From Diplonema japonicum (Eukaryota; Protista; Euglenozoa: Diplonemea), in NCBI GenBank assembly GCA_964019335.1, contig OZ025698.1, positions 470,343 to 534,342 of the forward strand: a stretch of DNA of 64,000 bases, given 5' to 3'. A program made the translations under genes and the position numbers. The notes under the pieces are model-generated. The model was not told the origin of the DNA, ran no database searches, and saw only the letters and a list, made by a program, of their open reading frames with translations. This document shows positions 59,791 to 64,000 of the stretch, piece after piece (the stretch's first letter is position 1; each line of letters starts with the position of its first letter).

Positions 59791-59872
59791 GGCGAGATGG
59801 CCGAGCGGTCTAAGGCGCTACGTTCAGGTCGTAGTCTCTTCGGGGGCGTGGGTTCAAACCCCACTCTCGTCA
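59791..59872 (+). tRNA. tRNA-Leu(CAG)
   Basis: GGCGAGA/TCTCGTC acceptor + A73, TGGCCGAGCGG A-box, CTACG-TTCAGGT-CGTAG anticodon arm, long variable arm, GTGGG-TTCAAAC-CCCAC T arm, T6 terminator. Confidence 0.95.
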
Positions 59873-59907
59873 TTTTTTCCTAAAACAGATCAGATTCCTG
59901 ACACAAC

Positions 59908-61161
59908 ATGGATGTCTACATCCGCAAAGAGAATGGAACTCGTAGACTTGTCGAGATACAAGAAGGGACCACCACGGCAAGCTTTTTCACGCAGAATGGG
60001 ATACGAGAAGACGAGGAAGTTATCTATGAAGGCGAAGAGCTAGATCGAAATGACGAATCCCCGATGCAGCTGCTCGGGGTCCTTCCAGGGGACGAGCTCA
60101 AAAGAACGGTGACTATGGAGGGGAAAGTAGCAAGGGCGTGCAGAGCTGCCGGATGGAAAGTCAACAGGCAGTCACTTTTGCAAGCTGTACGAACTGACAC
60201 GGGCAAAGCAAGACATTTAATAAGAGCGGGGGTGAAACCGGACTTCATGGTGTTACTCAAAGCCGTGCAAGCGGGGGATCACGAAATGGCCGCTGCAATT
60301 CTCACAAGGAAGGAGGAGCTCGCCATTGACGTCAACAAAATTCGCTACAAGTTTATTCGACCTTTTCCAAACCGGTTTCCTCCTGTTTCAACATTCCTGC
60401 TGAAAGAAGCAGTCCGGAACTTAGACCTCTCAATGGCCGAGCTTCTTTTGAAGCATGGGGCTTTACCTAACCTCATTGATTCTAAGGGTGAGACAGCACT
60501 AACCTTTCTTTGCATGCAGAACGGTGATACGGTTCCTATTGCTGAGCTTCTCTTAAAACATGGAGCGACCGTTTTGGCTCGCAGAATGGGCAGAACAGCG
60601 CGTTCACCGTTGTCGTGCGCCGTTGTGCGCAACGATTTGTCGATGGTGAAGCTGCTGCTCCCTGTCGTAATCGAGAACAAGGTGGAATCTTCGAAATGCC
60701 TTTCCCTGGCCGTGCACGGTGGGAAGCGACCAGAGATAGTGGAGTATATGAAACACAGAGGGCTGCACGAGGGCATGACGGTCGTACATTGGGAAAAGCA
60801 TTGGGAGAATCACAGAAGAATGTTAGAAGCAAAACAAGAGGGTGTTTACGACTCATCTGATGAGGAGTTGTTGGAAGGATTTCGGAAGAGCGGAGGCTTT
60901 CGGAGAAAGCTTAAAGCAGCAGGGTCAAAAAGAATGACGACATCTCACCATGGCAGGATTATTGCCAACGCGTGGAGGAGTTCAGAGTACCACGACTTTA
61001 AAAACAGATACGAAGCCTTTCACGGCTATGTTGAACTGACATCGTGGCGCGAGAGTTCCAGAATTAACAATTACTTACCATTTTTTCAGAAGGATTTTAC
61101 CCTACCTTCACCGGTACGGAAAGAGTTGAGCTACGCCGATAGTTGCAAAGTAATGCTATAG
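59908..61161 (+). CDS. Ubiquitin-like + ankyrin-repeat protein
   Basis: MDVYIRKENG...VIYEGEEL...LGVLPGDEL Ubl-like start; ankyrin motifs GETALTFLC, SPLSCAVV. Confidence 0.8.
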   Translation: MDVYIRKENGTRRLVEIQEGTTTASFFTQNGIREDEEVIYEGEELDRNDESPMQLLGVLPGDELKRTVTMEGKVARACRAAGWKVNRQSLLQAVRTDTGKARHLIRAGVKPDFMVLLKAVQAGDHEMAAAILTRKEELAIDVNKIRYKFIRPFPNRFPPVSTFLLKEAVRNLDLSMAELLLKHGALPNLIDSKGETALTFLCMQNGDTVPIAELLLKHGATVLARRMGRTARSPLSCAVVRNDLSMVKLLLPVVIENKVESSKCLSLAVHGGKRPEIVEYMKHRGLHEGMTVVHWEKHWENHRRMLEAKQEGVYDSSDEELLEGFRKSGGFRRKLKAAGSKRMTTSHHGRIIANAWRSSEYHDFKNRYEAFHGYVELTSWRESSRINNYLPFFQKDFTLPSPVRKELSYADSCKVML

Positions 61162-61351
61162 AATGAATATCTTTGTTCTTACCACTCTTTTAAACAATGG
61201 AGCACCTCACCGTCTTTATAATTGTTATTATTGTTCTCCCATATTTCTAGCCATCGGTGGACCCCTTTGCTCTTGTTTATTTTCCTTCCTCTTTGCCTTT
61301 CACGTCGTAAAAGGACCCCCCCCCCCCCCCCCCCCCCCAAGGTGGTCCATC

Positions 61352-63817
61352 ATGAGAGTGCTTTTTTCGATGTTTTTATTTCTCAGCCTATGGAGCCAGG
61401 TAGAGGCTGTCAAGGAAAACAGAACCTCCGAGAGCTTCAACCCGGAATGGCAAACAGAACATAAAGCACTGGTCGGTCTGGGAGGTGCTGCAGCAGGAAC
61501 AGCGATCTTAGTGATATTGGTCCTTTTAGGGGTTCGACAGGCGGGGTTGAGCTGGATTATAAGCGTCTGGTTGTGGTCTGTTGTGCTGGTCGTAGGCATC
61601 GTCGCGTGGGTCATCACTTATGAGAGGATGCGAACAGCCATCGAAGACCAAGTAGAAAGCTTGATATACTCAATTGGGAGCGACATGAGCTCACGGGTGA
61701 GACGAGAGATGGAGGCTGCGGCGGTGATGGTGAAGCAGCATAAACTGCTATCTTCCAACGGCTTTGTTGAGGTGAGGTCCTACGACCTCGCGCATCATTT
61801 GCTTTTCTTGCAATCTGTGTGGATGTTGTTTGAGGAGTTCCACCGGTCCATCTCATTGTTCTACTACGCGAACAACAACAACGACCTGTACTCGACGTCT
61901 GGGAACCACGACCTCTGGATGGTCGCTCCCCGTGGTGCGAACTTCCCAGCAACATGGACGTGCGTTGGGAACTCGCCCTACACGAACTGCACAAGCCGCA
62001 CATGCGGAACGCACCCCCAGTTCGACGCTCAGAACTGTAGCAACACGTGCCGCCTCCCTTCGCACAGCCTCTGTGACGGGGTTTTACTTGACGTTCCTAA
62101 ATTCGGGTTCAAAACCGCTGTGTCGACCCCTACTCTCGGAAACCTCGGCAGCATCGGATCCATCGAACTACAAGAAAACACCTTCAACGCTCACGGCCGT
62201 CCATGGTATGTTTACACTGAGGAAGTGATATGGTCACGACCTTACGTCTTCACCGGCCCTGTTGCGGAGCCTGTCATAGGCCTCTCAGCCACGGTGGGGA
62301 CACGGTCTATGGAGGGTGCCTTCATCGGAGTCGCAGCGGCTGACTTCCAAACGACGTCCTTGCAGAGCTTTGTGGTTGCCTTGCGTCCCAGCACCGGGTC
62401 GACCATACTGTTGATCCTCAATGATGGGGTGGTCATCACGGGGACGCAGAGTTTGAACGATTTAAGTAACGTAACGGCAGACGGAAAGCTTCATTTGCTG
62501 AATGCGTGGGACGCACCTGCAACGTCAGTAAAAGTGGCCATGCAAGCGCTGGAGAAGAAGGTAGGCCGCAACATTCCAAGAGATCGTGTGTCTCTTATCC
62601 ATGACCGGGATATAGCTGTACTGGCACAGCCGATCACTGTGATGGGCGACCTGCGCATGTATGCTATCATCATGATCCCGTACAGCGATGTCCTGCAAAA
62701 GGCGTGGGACGCGTCCACGACTTCGCTCATTTTTGTGCTTGTTCTGAGCGTGGGATTGAGCTTCCTGCTTGCGGTGGTCTTTACGATTCTCTTACGTCCG
62801 ATACAAGAGCTCGACAAGGCGATGGGCCTCGTGGCGTGGATGATGGTGGACGACCTCCCGTCCGTTACCTCAAGGGTCGCCGAGATCGATTCCATGTCGC
62901 GTTCCTTTGACACAATGGTGGCCAATCTTATTATGTATAAACAGTACCTACCGCAGTCGCTGCTCGCGATGCAGCAGGAAGACAATGGAAGCGTGGCAAG
63001 CACGTCGGAGGCGTCAGAACGCGTGACGAAGTCCTCGAGGAGCTCACTCGATTGGTCGCAGCAGCCCGACGGCGGGTTGGACGCCGCCGCGCGTCTCAAA
63101 AAAGAAGTTTTCAGCACCGGTCTTCACCGCAGAATAATCTCGATATTATCAGTAAACGTGCAAGGCACACACACAAGCGTGTGCACGGACGCGAAGGCGT
63201 ACGGTACCAACTACTCGGAGTACTTGACAAACATGCAACTAGCAGCGCAAAACAACAAGGGCGTAGTTGATAATGTGAGTGGTGACAGGGTGAGGATATC
63301 CTTCAACGCTGTGACGCAGAACACAGCACATGTGATGCGCGCCTGCTCTGCGGCATGGGATTCCATGAAGTTCACAGACTGCCGTTTCGGGATCAGCACA
63401 GGCGGCGCCCATGTGGGCAACATCGGGTGCAAGGGCATGATGAAGTTTTCGTCGTTCGGGAATGTTGTCACCAACAGCATCGCGCTCAGCATACTGGCAG
63501 GTGAGACCACATCCGAGAGATGTCTCCTCGATGAACGATTTGCCAGCGAAGCAGAGACGTTCTTTGAAACGAAAAAGCTATTCCGTGTTCGGTTCACTAC
63601 CGGGAAACCAATACTTATTCGGTCGCTTCTCGGCAAAAAGGAGGGCGGTGAAGGAGAGTGGATGTACGCCCTCGACGGTCAAGAAAGAAGTGGTTACGCT
63701 GCTTACAACGAGGCTGTTTCAGCGCTTCTGAGCGGTGACACTGGCACGGCAAACACTCGACTTAAGATGTCCAGTTGCCAGGCGCCTATAAAATTATTGT
63801 TGGAAGCTAGAATGTAA
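61352..63817 (+). CDS. Receptor-type protein: multi-TM - Cache-like - TM - HAMP-like - degenerate class III cyclase
   Basis: RPWY..WSRPY Cache-like motif; LRPIQELDKAM..EIDSMSRSF..M...L..YKQYLP; VSGDRV; GNIG..MMKFSSFG. Related to the 32137 gene. Confidence 0.75.
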   Translation: MRVLFSMFLFLSLWSQVEAVKENRTSESFNPEWQTEHKALVGLGGAAAGTAILVILVLLGVRQAGLSWIISVWLWSVVLVVGIVAWVITYERMRTAIEDQVESLIYSIGSDMSSRVRREMEAAAVMVKQHKLLSSNGFVEVRSYDLAHHLLFLQSVWMLFEEFHRSISLFYYANNNNDLYSTSGNHDLWMVAPRGANFPATWTCVGNSPYTNCTSRTCGTHPQFDAQNCSNTCRLPSHSLCDGVLLDVPKFGFKTAVSTPTLGNLGSIGSIELQENTFNAHGRPWYVYTEEVIWSRPYVFTGPVAEPVIGLSATVGTRSMEGAFIGVAAADFQTTSLQSFVVALRPSTGSTILLILNDGVVITGTQSLNDLSNVTADGKLHLLNAWDAPATSVKVAMQALEKKVGRNIPRDRVSLIHDRDIAVLAQPITVMGDLRMYAIIMIPYSDVLQKAWDASTTSLIFVLVLSVGLSFLLAVVFTILLRPIQELDKAMGLVAWMMVDDLPSVTSRVAEIDSMSRSFDTMVANLIMYKQYLPQSLLAMQQEDNGSVASTSEASERVTKSSRSSLDWSQQPDGGLDAAARLKKEVFSTGLHRRIISILSVNVQGTHTSVCTDAKAYGTNYSEYLTNMQLAAQNNKGVVDNVSGDRVRISFNAVTQNTAHVMRACSAAWDSMKFTDCRFGISTGGAHVGNIGCKGMMKFSSFGNVVTNSIALSILAGETTSERCLLDERFASEAETFFETKKLFRVRFTTGKPILIRSLLGKKEGGEGEWMYALDGQERSGYAAYNEAVSALLSGDTGTANTRLKMSSCQAPIKLLLEARM

Positions 63818-64000
63818 AAGAGTAATACGAAATGGCCCCGAGCCGCCCCTGGAGCTCAGGTGGCTGTCCAGCAATTGCACTGTCGAATCCGCAAGCAACA
63901 GCGTGGATGTATGCTTCCAAAAGGTTGACCTTATGTAAGAAATTGCTTCTTGCAGCCACGGCACTCGCCTCGTGAGGGGGGGGGGGGGGGGGGGGGGGGT

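Overview
Eukaryotic genomic DNA, most likely from a euglenozoan (diplonemid-like). This assignment is an inference from three features: every recognisable host gene and both tRNA genes lie on the + strand, introns are tiny (40-72 nt), and intergenic DNA is rich in poly(A)/poly(T). Host genes include four ubiquitin-like+ankyrin proteins, a C2orf81/DUF4639-like protein, a FYVE+F-box protein, two secreted beta-propeller+3xWSC proteins, two receptor-type degenerate class III cyclases, a secreted propeller hydrolase-like protein, a large Cys-rich repeat membrane protein and a divergent Arf. The standout feature is a set of three distinct non-LTR retrotransposon families (called A, B and C here; I-group/Ingi-like APE-RT-RNase H-CCHC, with 2A/StopGo-like motifs in A and B) that insert immediately upstream of tRNA genes, co-oriented with them. 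A ~13 kb head-to-tail stack of insertions ends at tRNA-Asp, with the target word tccgtatcc (which includes tRNA +1..+3) repeated at four junctions. A 6.6 kb chimeric insertion with a perfect 14-bp TSD ends 14 bp before tRNA-Leu. Families B and C share a conserved 3'-UTR hairpin motif. The window also holds two decayed piggyBac elements (one carrying a captured SK-channel-like fragment) and a related MITE. All domain calls come from reading motifs by eye; no searches were run.
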